Shown piece by piece: positions 50,454-58,991 of a stretch of 64,000 bases of DNA; the first letter of the stretch is position 1; each line of letters begins with the position of its first letter. The translations under genes were made by a program, and so were the position numbers. Below the pieces are notes generated by a model. The model was not told the DNA's origin. It saw only the letters and a program-made list of their open reading frames with translations, and did not search any database. The stretch is from the NCBI GenBank assembly GCA_038883775.1, contig JAVZLM010000005.1, positions 64,001 to 128,000 on the forward strand, given 5' to 3'. This DNA comes from Candidatus Bathyarchaeia archaeon. GTDB taxonomy: Archaea; Thermoproteota; Bathyarchaeia; Bathyarchaeales; Bathycorpusculaceae.

Positions 50454-51617
50454 GTGAAATTAATGAGCGTTGAAAGATGTCCTGTTTGCGGAGGCTTTCC
50501 AAGTCGATATTTAATTAATGATGCGAATCTGAAGTTTCTGAAGGATTGCGCAACTAAGGGTCAACTGGATGAAGCCATCTCTGTTGCTCGAATCCTTTGG
50601 AGCAAGTTTCCAGAACTGCGGTTAAACGCTGATTCAAAGATAATTATAGAGGGTGTATCAGCTAATATGCTCAGAGCACTACAAGCCCAAATAAACGAAA
50701 CATTGGAACCAGCAAAAATGTTTGCTGAGAAGCTTCCTGAACTTGTTTACAAGCTACCAGTGGAAATGGATAAGACCATGGATGAGAAGATTGAAGAAAT
50801 GAGAACTTTATTAGCTAAGGAGTTTAAGGAGACACTTAACAACATGGGATTTCCCGAACCCGAGCAACTCAAGTTACTGAGCCAACTTATGCCTGCTGTT
50901 TTACCTCTTCTACAAGAATTATTGATGCTTCAAAAAGTTCCAAGCGAAAAAGGGAAAACTGGAGAATTAGAACTACTAAAGGAATTGAAAGACGTTTTCC
51001 CAGAAGATGACTACAAACATGTTGGCGGTCCAGGAGCAACGGATATCATCGCCACCCCCGTATATGGTGGTTTTCAACTCAGTCAAAGAGTGCTCATCGA
51101 ATCAAAGAAAAACAACAGCGGTTGGAGCAGAGACTTTGTAGATGAAGTCAGAAGGCATATGCAAGCCTATTCAAATCGTTTCGCTATACTCGCTGTAGAA
51201 GTTATGCCAAAAGGAGCAAGAGGTTTTCTCATCGAACATTTCAATGAAGGTGCCATTTTGGTCACAAGTAGAAAAGATGTTTGCATAGCCTATGGAGCTC
51301 TTAGGGCTGTTTTCATCGCTACGTATCCTTTCGAAGTTAGTGCTGGAGACCTTCGGAAACTTTTTGAAGAAAAAAGAATCGAAGAAGCTATAAAAGACGC
51401 TTTGAATTATCAAGAATATCTAAAAAAGATTAAAACAAAATCAGCAAGCATAATTTTAAATGCAAAAAATATTGTTGAGCTTTCTGACGACCTGAACACT
51501 CATTTAAGATTTTGCCTCACCGAACTTCAGAAAAGAATAAGAAATGCAGTTCAAGAAATCGTAGAAGCTCGACCAACTACTAAAGGTGGTTCACCAAACA
51601 TATTAAAAAGGAGTTAA
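50454..51617 (+). CDS. Coiled-coil PD-(D/E)XK nuclease-like protein (DUF2130/RmuC-like)
   Basis: CPVCG, helical stalk, KGKTGELEL...ATDII...LIESK, C-terminal coiled coil. Confidence 0.7.
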   Translation: MKLMSVERCPVCGGFPSRYLINDANLKFLKDCATKGQLDEAISVARILWSKFPELRLNADSKIIIEGVSANMLRALQAQINETLEPAKMFAEKLPELVYKLPVEMDKTMDEKIEEMRTLLAKEFKETLNNMGFPEPEQLKLLSQLMPAVLPLLQELLMLQKVPSEKGKTGELELLKELKDVFPEDDYKHVGGPGATDIIATPVYGGFQLSQRVLIESKKNNSGWSRDFVDEVRRHMQAYSNRFAILAVEVMPKGARGFLIEHFNEGAILVTSRKDVCIAYGALRAVFIATYPFEVSAGDLRKLFEEKRIEEAIKDALNYQEYLKKIKTKSASIILNAKNIVELSDDLNTHLRFCLTELQKRIRNAVQEIVEARPTTKGGSPNILKRS

Positions 51618-51658
51618 CGTTACCTTAGTAAGTGTAAGAAGGAGGATTTAGAAAAACA

Positions 51659-52903
51659 TTGCTTGAGGCTCCAAGGTCTATGGCTGAGCCGATTCTTGAC
51701 TGGATTCTGAACGGCATACCTGTGCGTGTTGACGTGAAACTTTTTGATGATGTTAGTCTTATTTATGAAGCCCAACTCGCCAAAATGGAGCTATCAAAAT
51801 GGTGGGACGACCTTGAAAGTTTTAGAAAGAGAACAGCATATTTCGAAGAAGTTAACGGGAAAAAGTCCTACCACTATTATATTTCAGACATCAAAGGGAA
51901 GGGGCAGATAGGGAGAACATGTCAATATCTTACTCATTGGTATTATCCTTATAAAGCAAAGTTTCATCCTCAAATGATTAAAGCAATAATTAACTGGATG
52001 GGTCTAAAGAGACCTCAAAAACTGCTTGACCCATTCGTGGGAAGTGGAACTGCTTTGGTTGAAGCCAAAACAATGGGTGTAGACAGCATAGGAATAGACA
52101 TCAATCCCGTTTGCACTTTGATGTCCAGAGTTAAATGCGACCTTCTGGACTTATCTCCAGAGGATTTAAATTCTGTTCCAAGGGAAAAAGCTTTCCATTT
52201 CTTTGACAGAAAAAGAAAAAAACTCGGGCACACAAGCCTTGAAAAATTTGTAGAACATAATACAGAGCAAATTATTCAGCTTTCATCAGATGAAAGAGTG
52301 GCTCGATTCTACGAACTATCCTATCTTTATGCATTATCTGATTTCACCTATGTAAAGAGAGACTTATGGAAAGGGTTTAACGAAAATATTGATGCCGTTA
52401 TTGACACCGTGGAAAGGTTCAGTAAATTGAAAGAGGAGCTGAATCTTGAGTTAGGGAATGTTGATGTAAGGGAAGGAGACGCAAGAAAGCTACCTTTTAG
52501 AGATGAGGAAATAGATGGAATTGTTACTTCCCCACCTTACAGTATTGCTGTCGATTACATTAAACAAGATTTACACGCTTTGGACTATCTAAACATTGAT
52601 ATCGCTCAACTTGTCAATAACATGATAGGGCTCAGAGGAAAGGGCGAAGAAAGAATCGTCAACTACTTCGTGGACATGCTTGCTGCATTTAGAGAGATGT
52701 ATCGAGTTTTAAAGAAAGGAGCATTTTGCGTGATTCTAATAGGAGACGTGACATATAATGGGAAACGGTTACCTATACATAAAAAGTATATTGAATTTGC
52801 TGAAACCGTTGGTTTCTCTCATATTGGAATAATAAAGCGACCTATACTTGGCGGTTACGCCAGACTCAGGTATGAATACATTTTAATGTTCCAAAAATTA
52901 TAG
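51659..52903 (+). CDS. Amino-DNA methyltransferase (probably m4C; motif I precedes motif IV)
   Basis: THWYYPYKAKFHPQM, LDPFVGSGT, IDINP, VTSPPY. Confidence 0.92.
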   Translation: MLEAPRSMAEPILDWILNGIPVRVDVKLFDDVSLIYEAQLAKMELSKWWDDLESFRKRTAYFEEVNGKKSYHYYISDIKGKGQIGRTCQYLTHWYYPYKAKFHPQMIKAIINWMGLKRPQKLLDPFVGSGTALVEAKTMGVDSIGIDINPVCTLMSRVKCDLLDLSPEDLNSVPREKAFHFFDRKRKKLGHTSLEKFVEHNTEQIIQLSSDERVARFYELSYLYALSDFTYVKRDLWKGFNENIDAVIDTVERFSKLKEELNLELGNVDVREGDARKLPFRDEEIDGIVTSPPYSIAVDYIKQDLHALDYLNIDIAQLVNNMIGLRGKGEERIVNYFVDMLAAFREMYRVLKKGAFCVILIGDVTYNGKRLPIHKKYIEFAETVGFSHIGIIKRPILGGYARLRYEYILMFQKL

Positions 52904-53974
52904 TCTGCTTAAGCCTTGAACATGAGGATAATAGGAAATAAGTCTTTTTTCTTGTTCTTTCTCGTCCTTCAAAAGATTTCTAACAAATGGTTTTTTTCTT
53001 ACGCAATTGTAGTGATAGTGAAGTTCCTTTTCCTCAGAGGGTTTGAGCACTCCTTTATACGTTATGTAATTGCACTTTCTGAAATTTTTGCATTCTTTTT
53101 TGCAGCTTATTTTTATATCTTCAATCTTCTGAGAGTAGTCAGAAAATCTGTTTATGATTTCGTCGCAATAAAGAATCCATTTTTCGCATATTGGGCAACG
53201 CAACGGAACAGTGTTTGGGACACGAGCTACCACGACCGGAATAGAGGTTCTTGATGAAAAATCGAATATGTGGTCGGGAGTTTTTTGAATGGCTTGCTTC
53301 ACTTCCACTCCAAAAATTCGACCATTTTTGACTATTAGAAAGTCTGGAGCTATAGAATGTGAATCATGAGATAACAATCTTTGATTGAGAAGCATTGGAA
53401 TAACGTATCCAAAATTGTGCCTTATCAGGTAAGCATAAACAATAAGCTCAATGGCTGCGCCAACAGATTTGGGAAGAAGGGAGTCCACAGCATAGTAAAG
53501 CTTCTTTGTTTTCTTATCTTTGTATGACAAGTCCTCCTTGAACTTTTTAGCTTCTTCGTAGATTTTTTCAGCTTCTTCATCTTCGAAAAAGTATGGAATA
53601 TTCTGTTTTTTCATGAAATCCATAAGGCGTTTTCTTATTGAGAAACAAGCATAGGTAGTAACTTGTTCTTGAATTAGAAGCTGGTTAACGACGTATAATA
53701 TCATTTTAAGATACGATTTTCGGTTAGTCTTGTGAAAGCCCCAGATAGAACCTCGAGATACTAAAATATACATAAGGTAGTCGTATAGAATCATTTGTCT
53801 GCCATCTTTACCAACATAAAGCTCTTTAGAGAATTTCTCATAACCTTCAAGTGAATCAATCTTTTTACGCATCATCATGTAATCTTGGTCATGTGTGGCA
53901 AAAAATTGGTCAACAATCAGAAGATGTTTTGCTGTTGATAATGCCCTTTCCAAAACTTTATCCAAAACATTCAC
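52898..53974 (-). CDS. Putative restriction endonuclease (PD-(D/E)XK) with Cys-rich C terminus
   Basis: AAIE, APDFL...GVEVK, CPIC, CKKEC; convergent with and overlapping the MTase stop. Confidence 0.65.
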   Translation of the reverse strand: MNVLDKVLERALSTAKHLLIVDQFFATHDQDYMMMRKKIDSLEGYEKFSKELYVGKDGRQMILYDYLMYILVSRGSIWGFHKTNRKSYLKMILYVVNQLLIQEQVTTYACFSIRKRLMDFMKKQNIPYFFEDEEAEKIYEEAKKFKEDLSYKDKKTKKLYYAVDSLLPKSVGAAIELIVYAYLIRHNFGYVIPMLLNQRLLSHDSHSIAPDFLIVKNGRIFGVEVKQAIQKTPDHIFDFSSRTSIPVVVARVPNTVPLRCPICEKWILYCDEIINRFSDYSQKIEDIKISCKKECKNFRKCNYITYKGVLKPSEEKELHYHYNCVRKKPFVRNLLKDEKEQEKRLISYYPHVQGLSRL

Positions 53975-54004
53975 CTACAAAGAATTTGTTTGCGGGATAG
54001 TTGC

Positions 54005-54769
54005 CTAAAATAATTTCGTTTGTTGTCCTTTGTCTCTTCTCCATTCATCACTGGCTTTTTTGATTATTCGCAAAATTGCTTCGTAGGTTCCAACTCCTCC
54101 AAGTTTATCCCACATTTCCTTTCCGATTAGCACCTCTTTTTCCATATCCATAATTCGTTTCGTAAAACTCCACCTATACAAATGCCGTTCAACGTAAGGA
54201 TTATATGTCAAACCAAGAAATGCTTGAGCTCTTTTTCCTTCATGAGCTACCAAAAACAATAGCATCTTCCTTTTCGATTCAGCACATTGGTCAAGATTAG
54301 GTAAAGGAGCCTTAATTTCCATGAACAAAGGTCCATCTTCATGGTCACCTACATACAAATCAGCTATTATCCTAACAGAAGTTTTTTCAGAGCTGGAAAC
54401 TGACATTATTTCCCTCATTTCCTCTATGTGATTTGGTCTTCGCATTCCGCTACGAAGGCTATTCACTATAGTGTCAACCATTGTGACTTTTGCACCGTCA
54501 AGGTCAGTTAAAATTTCATATTCCCTGTGAACATCTGAATATCGTCCCTTCGCAACAATCTCCGCCACTGCTGGCAGAAAACGAGTCCCCACAGTTGTCT
54601 CAACTGAACTTACCAAATCTCCATGAAGTATAGCTTCATCGGTCAAAAACGCACTATGAAAAGGTTTAGCCTCCTTAACTTCTTCCAGAGAACGCCGAGC
54701 CTTAATAGAAAGGTCCTCAAGAACTCTCTTAACTAAATCTGAAATTTCCTTTTCCGTTTTCTCGTCCAA
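54005..54769 (-). CDS. TdeIII/MjaII-family type II restriction endonuclease
   Basis: KPFH, ADLY, EIKAPLPNLDQ, YNPY, VLIGKEMWD.LGG..TY. Confidence 0.85.
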   Translation of the reverse strand: MDEKTEKEISDLVKRVLEDLSIKARRSLEEVKEAKPFHSAFLTDEAILHGDLVSSVETTVGTRFLPAVAEIVAKGRYSDVHREYEILTDLDGAKVTMVDTIVNSLRSGMRRPNHIEEMREIMSVSSSEKTSVRIIADLYVGDHEDGPLFMEIKAPLPNLDQCAESKRKMLLFLVAHEGKRAQAFLGLTYNPYVERHLYRWSFTKRIMDMEKEVLIGKEMWDKLGGVGTYEAILRIIKKASDEWRRDKGQQTKLF

Positions 54770-54894
54770 GTATTTATCACTAATCTAACAAATCGTCTGA
54801 CCAGATTTATAAGAACTATCCCTCGGAATAATAACAACGCTAACTTAGAAAGTTTTATTTGCTGAGTGAAAAAGATTTAGACCTTGTGATTTAT

Positions 54895-55329
54895 ATGACG
54901 TTAAGAATAACTACAAGAAATAGAAACAAGCTTTCACAAGAGTTGCATGATTGGGTTATTGAAATGACTGTGGAGCGTCTTTATGGTAAATTTAGAGAGG
55001 CAGGCAGAAAAATATACACAAATCCAAATCAACAGAAGAACTTTGCTGTAAATGGTTTCTATCCCGACATTGTGGTCTAAAATCCGGAGACGGAAAAAGT
55101 TACATTTATCGATGAAATAGAGACGGAAGTGGGCGAAATCGAGAAAAATCAATGGGAAGATTTCGCCAAACTTGGAATAGGTTTTTCTGTAACAGTTCCA
55201 TTGAATGACGTAGAAAATGCCAAGAAAATTATTAGAGACAACAAAATTAGAGTAACCTCTCTTTGGTCTTATAAAACTGATTACCCGGCAACTAAAAATA
55301 TAACTTTCAAAGAAGAAACTCTTTCATAA
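54895..55329 (+). pseudogene. PD-(D/E)XK-like nuclease gene interrupted by in-frame TAA (55078-55080)
   Basis: ORFs 54859-55080 and 55129-55329 share a frame; reading through gives FYPDIVV*NPETEKVTFIDEIET. Confidence 0.78.
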
Positions 55330-55356
55330 ATGGTCACAAAAACAAACAAAAAATGG

Positions 55357-55557
55357 TTATTTCGCTTCTTTCTGAGACCATTTTGCTTTAACTGCAAGCA
55401 ACTCTTGTATATACTCTTCTCTTTTCTTTGCGTATTCTTTGATGGCGTTTGCGAAAGCTTTCCCGATGGTATCTTCTAACCCCAACTTAGTTAATTGTCG
55501 AGCTAAATTGTAAGCCTCTTCTGGAACCGTTACGGATTTATATCCATTTAGAGGCAT
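55357..55557 (-). CDS. Small ribbon-helix-helix-like regulator/antitoxin
   Basis: YKSVTVPEEAYNLA; AGGTGG RBS. Confidence 0.65.
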   Translation of the reverse strand: MPLNGYKSVTVPEEAYNLARQLTKLGLEDTIGKAFANAIKEYAKKREEYIQELLAVKAKWSQKEAK

Positions 55558-55644
55558 CTAAACCACCTTTGCTATAAATATGTTGAAAAAGTAAATATAT
55601 GTTATTACCACAAAACCTTAAATCAGTATGGTAAAAATGGTAAG

Positions 55645-55905
55645 GTGCATATCATGGAAACTGAAGGTTCATCAGACTTTATCATAACAAATGGAAAATA
55701 CGCAGAAGGTAATAGAATCCTTGTAATCAATCCAAAGACGAACAAAGGGTTGTATGCAATGCTCAGAAACCTCGAGTTTCTAAGCGAGATTCAACGACCC
55801 GGCGATAAAATAAATGTGCACTGCAGAAGTGGCGTCACCTCAAAGGGCGAATTTGTATTCTGTGACGTTTTCCTAACCAGAGAATTCGCTAACTCTGAGT
55901 TCTGA
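55645..55905 (+). CDS. Hypothetical protein
   Basis: 86-aa ORF divergent from the RHH-like gene; no motif recognised. Confidence 0.5.
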   Translation: MHIMETEGSSDFIITNGKYAEGNRILVINPKTNKGLYAMLRNLEFLSEIQRPGDKINVHCRSGVTSKGEFVFCDVFLTREFANSEF

Positions 55906-55968
55906 TTGAGCGATAGTTGACCGAGTTTTCTATTTGCTCGTCCCTGAATGGCTTTCTAAGCACAAAAT

Positions 55969-56559
55969 TTAGATTGAAATGATGTGAATATCCTCTGGTA
56001 ACTTTGTTATATCGATGAGTGGAGAAACGGTCATTATTGCTTGGATTTTAAGGCGTTTTAGTTCTCTAAAAAGGGAAGGGACCATATTTTTGATAAGCCT
56101 CTCAAAAGGGTCGTCAGCTATCAAGCATTGGTAGCCTCTTGTAAGGTTTTGTAAGTTTCCCGTTATGCTTATGGAATCTTGTTTTGGAAACAGTCTTAGC
56201 GTTATTGTTCCATTGTTAAATACTCTGTTCGTGAAATATCGGTGTCTTATACCGAAAGCAAACAGAATAGCTCTTACTATGGTAGATTTGCCACTTCCGC
56301 ATGTGCCATGAATCAAATTTATCGAGTTTCTGCAAAAATATGCTTCAAAATTATCAAATGGTCCGACTTTAGTCAATTTCAGTGATTCAATTTGGAAAGG
56401 CAAGAAGTATGTTTCTCCGTAAAGGGAGTCTTCACAGCCTACTTCAGCCAACAATTTTCGCAAATGTTCTTTAGCTGTTCTTGGTCTTTTTATCTCTAAA
56501 GCTTGTCTTAGTTCCTTCTTTTGAGGTCTGGAAATACTTGTGTTTTCTGTTTTCTTCAT
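55969..56559 (-). CDS. Minimal SMC/Rad50/OLD-type P-loop ATPase
   Basis: IESLKL..VGPF, Walker A GTCGSGKST, Walker B/D-loop LIADDPFERL. Confidence 0.7.
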   Translation of the reverse strand: MKKTENTSISRPQKKELRQALEIKRPRTAKEHLRKLLAEVGCEDSLYGETYFLPFQIESLKLTKVGPFDNFEAYFCRNSINLIHGTCGSGKSTIVRAILFAFGIRHRYFTNRVFNNGTITLRLFPKQDSISITGNLQNLTRGYQCLIADDPFERLIKNMVPSLFRELKRLKIQAIMTVSPLIDITKLPEDIHIISI

Positions 56560-56793
56560 GGAATAAAATAAATTTGACCATGTAAATAAGTTCTTCTTAA
56601 GGTTTGATACTATTCACTTCTATGGTTTTTTCTATATTGCCTTGGACATTAGAGTTTAGAAGGAAAAGAGAAAATCTTAGAAAAGAATGTGGCGTTGTCA
56701 TACTAAATGCTCAGATGAATTATTTCAGTTTGGCGAGAGAGTATGGAGATAAATTTTTTAACTATTGATGAGCAAGATTAGTGTGGTAGAAGT

Positions 56794-57498
56794 ATGGAGT
56801 TAATTCTTAAAGAAGCAGCAAAGGCTTTTGGAAAGGAAGTAGCAAAAGAAGTAACGCCAATAATAGTGAAGAAATTTTTAGGGAAAACACAAAAACTATC
56901 TGTAAAGTTCGGGTTAGTGTTGACTTTTTATGAATATCCATTAATGGATGATGCAATAGCCCTTATAGAAAATTGTATACACAAGTTCAAATGTGGCGTA
57001 GGTATGTTGAAGATTGATGACGTAACATTTGATTATTACATTAGCTTTGAACTTGAAGAGTTTGTGAGCCCCGATATTGACATTCTAATTCAAGAAGAGC
57101 CTGAATACGCAATCTCTGACCAATTTATTTCCTTGCTTGAGATTCTGCTCTCTCCTCATCTAAAGAAAGAAGTCCATGACAAGAAAGAAGTTGAAAATGT
57201 CTTCTTTTCCGGGTTTAAGCTGTTAGATGGAATTACAAAGTGTTTAGAAAATGAAGAAATCGCTGCGACAGTATTAAAAATTCGTTCAGCAGTAAAATTG
57301 CTTGGTATTGAATCTGAGTTAAATTTTGCACAGAATATTTTTACGGAGTTGTCTAAAAAAATTGCGAAATTAAAATTGCCTTACAGCCCATACGTCTCTT
57401 TTTCGCCAATTTCAAAAATAGAAGGACAAATTGGGCAAGTTATCGTATCACTCAAAGATGCGGGGGTGTTAATGGCTATAATAGATGCGATAACATGA
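56794..57498 (+). CDS. Hypothetical protein
   Basis: 234-aa ORF, 1 nt from the next gene. Confidence 0.7.
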   Translation: MELILKEAAKAFGKEVAKEVTPIIVKKFLGKTQKLSVKFGLVLTFYEYPLMDDAIALIENCIHKFKCGVGMLKIDDVTFDYYISFELEEFVSPDIDILIQEEPEYAISDQFISLLEILLSPHLKKEVHDKKEVENVFFSGFKLLDGITKCLENEEIAATVLKIRSAVKLLGIESELNFAQNIFTELSKKIAKLKLPYSPYVSFSPISKIEGQIGQVIVSLKDAGVLMAIIDAIT

Positions 57499-57499
57499 G

Positions 57500-58267
57500 G
57501 TGAAGATTTTGGTATTTTGGACGTGTAGAGTTTTTAAAATAAATCCCAAATTTGATAGTATTGTAAAGGATGTTATTTTGAAAACGGGAAGTTACCAATA
57601 TGGTAAAGTTGAAAACAAAAATCTTTTCTTATACATTGACAGAATTCAGGAGACTTTTGGTGGATGGGCTAAATTAATTGAGACTTACATCGATAGTCCT
57701 CGCAGGGTATTTAATAGAGAAGAAGGTTATGTTGCCATAAAAGAAACAGTTCCATTTAACATTTGTCTATTTGAAAAATCAAGCATCCCAAATTTCTTGG
57801 CTATTTTTGGTTCAAGTTACAATATTCCAGTTCTGACCTATGCTCTTAAGGTGATAATTTCTGAAAGGGGACGGTCTAAAGGTCAGATTCCAGACTCATT
57901 AATTGTGTTCTCTCCTTTATTTAAACTGAATTTCAGGTTGAAAGGAAAAGAAAATGAATTAAGTAAATATCTCTCTAACATCAGAGAAATTAGCGTTAGA
58001 GAAATTAAAGACATGTATGTCCATGCAGCGAGCCTCAAAGGACTATTATTGGAATTAAGTGAAGAATATCAAAAATATGTCCGTGACAGTGAGATATCTG
58101 GAAGAATAAATTATTTCGGCGTAAACGTTGAAGGCAGAGTTATGATGTTGTCTTCTGAAGGAAAAATATGGACGAGACAGGGAAAAAATAATGTCGAACC
58201 GGAAATTGTTAAAATGATTCTCGAGGTCTTAGATAAATGTGATGCAATTCATGTTGTAGAGCAATGA
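57500..58267 (+). CDS. Hypothetical protein
   Basis: 255-aa alpha/beta ORF tightly coupled to the previous gene. Confidence 0.72.
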   Translation: MKILVFWTCRVFKINPKFDSIVKDVILKTGSYQYGKVENKNLFLYIDRIQETFGGWAKLIETYIDSPRRVFNREEGYVAIKETVPFNICLFEKSSIPNFLAIFGSSYNIPVLTYALKVIISERGRSKGQIPDSLIVFSPLFKLNFRLKGKENELSKYLSNIREISVREIKDMYVHAASLKGLLLELSEEYQKYVRDSEISGRINYFGVNVEGRVMMLSSEGKIWTRQGKNNVEPEIVKMILEVLDKCDAIHVVEQ

Positions 58268-58304
58268 AAATTGTGCTCATGTTTTAACGGTTGTTAGTGA
58301 GAGT

Positions 58305-58514
58305 TTGATAAGAATGTTTGAGCATGCTGAAAAGGTTGTAAAAAAATTGACGAAAGAAAACATGGAACATTTGAGACGCCAGATAGATGAGTGCTTGAAG
58401 ATGGCAATCAAGTTTGATGAAACGGGTAAAGCAAAATATTTTGTTAAGATGAAGAATTCTTGCCAAACCTTTCTCCAGATGCTAAATGAGTTGGAGAAGA
58501 AAGCTGATTCTTAG
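58305..58514 (+). CDS. Small helical hypothetical protein
   Basis: 69-aa ORF convergent with the AbrB-like gene. Confidence 0.5.
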   Translation: MIRMFEHAEKVVKKLTKENMEHLRRQIDECLKMAIKFDETGKAKYFVKMKNSCQTFLQMLNELEKKADS

Positions 58515-58753
58515 CCTTCCACGATTTTTATTTTCTTTCCTCTAATCACAAAGCCATCCGGCGACACTTTGATTTTCGGCTCTTCTACCGACGTTATTAT
58601 CATTAGCTTGCGATATGGGTCAATAGTAATTTTAACTGTATCTCCAGCCTTAAACGGATAATTAGAATCCTGAACCATAACAGACGGAATAACCAAATAC
58701 TGAGTATGTGCATTCTTACTTTGCACAATCTTAACTTCAGCCTCTAAAACCAT
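58511..58753 (-). CDS. AbrB/MazE/SpoVT-like DNA-binding protein
   Basis: KIVQSKNAHTQYLVIP.......FKAGDTVKITID. Confidence 0.72.
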   Translation of the reverse strand: MVLEAEVKIVQSKNAHTQYLVIPSVMVQDSNYPFKAGDTVKITIDPYRKLMIITSVEEPKIKVSPDGFVIRGKKIKIVEG

Positions 58754-58812
58754 ACAACAACCACCAACAGACTCCCAAATAACAACTGTATGAAAACTAT
58801 ATAAAAACTTTA

Positions 58813-58831
58813 TTAATCTTCGAACAGCCTA
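58813..58831 (-). repeat. Right terminal inverted repeat
   Basis: TTAATCTTCGAACAGCCTA, exact reverse complement of 47504-47522. Confidence 0.92.
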
Positions 58832-58867
58832 ATAAAATTATAAAATGCAGGTTTTGAGGTGCAAGCA

Positions 58868-58921
58868 GTGGCTTGTAAGACTAAGAAGAAAACCAAGAAA
58901 AAAGCGAAGAAAACGAAATAA
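58868..58921 (+). CDS. Candidate 17-aa Lys-rich micropeptide MACKTKKKTKKKAKKTK
   Basis: GAGGTG RBS 6 nt before GTG; T-rich tract downstream. Confidence 0.45.
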   Translation: MACKTKKKTKKKAKKTK

Positions 58922-58991
58922 AAAATCACATTAATCTCCTCATTTCCCCATTTTTATTTGAAAGAAAAACGTGCGCTCAACTCTCTTATAT

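Larger units (their letters stand above)
47504..58831. mobile_element. 11.3-kb cargo transposon with a single DDE transposase
   Basis: Perfect 19-bp TIRs TAGGCTGTTCGAAGATTAA at both ends; ATAAAA duplicated at 47498-47503 and 58832-58837; transposase just inside the left end; accessory genes inside. Confidence 0.9.

Noticed and set aside
55078-55080. Programmed readthrough (Pyl/Sec)
   Set aside because: The codon is TAA, not TAG or TGA; a nonsense mutation or sequence error is simpler
50425-56703. Recurring GTATGACAA motif (near 50425, 53522 and reversed at 56695)
   Set aside because: Short and AT-rich, and one copy is inside a coding region; chance cannot be excluded
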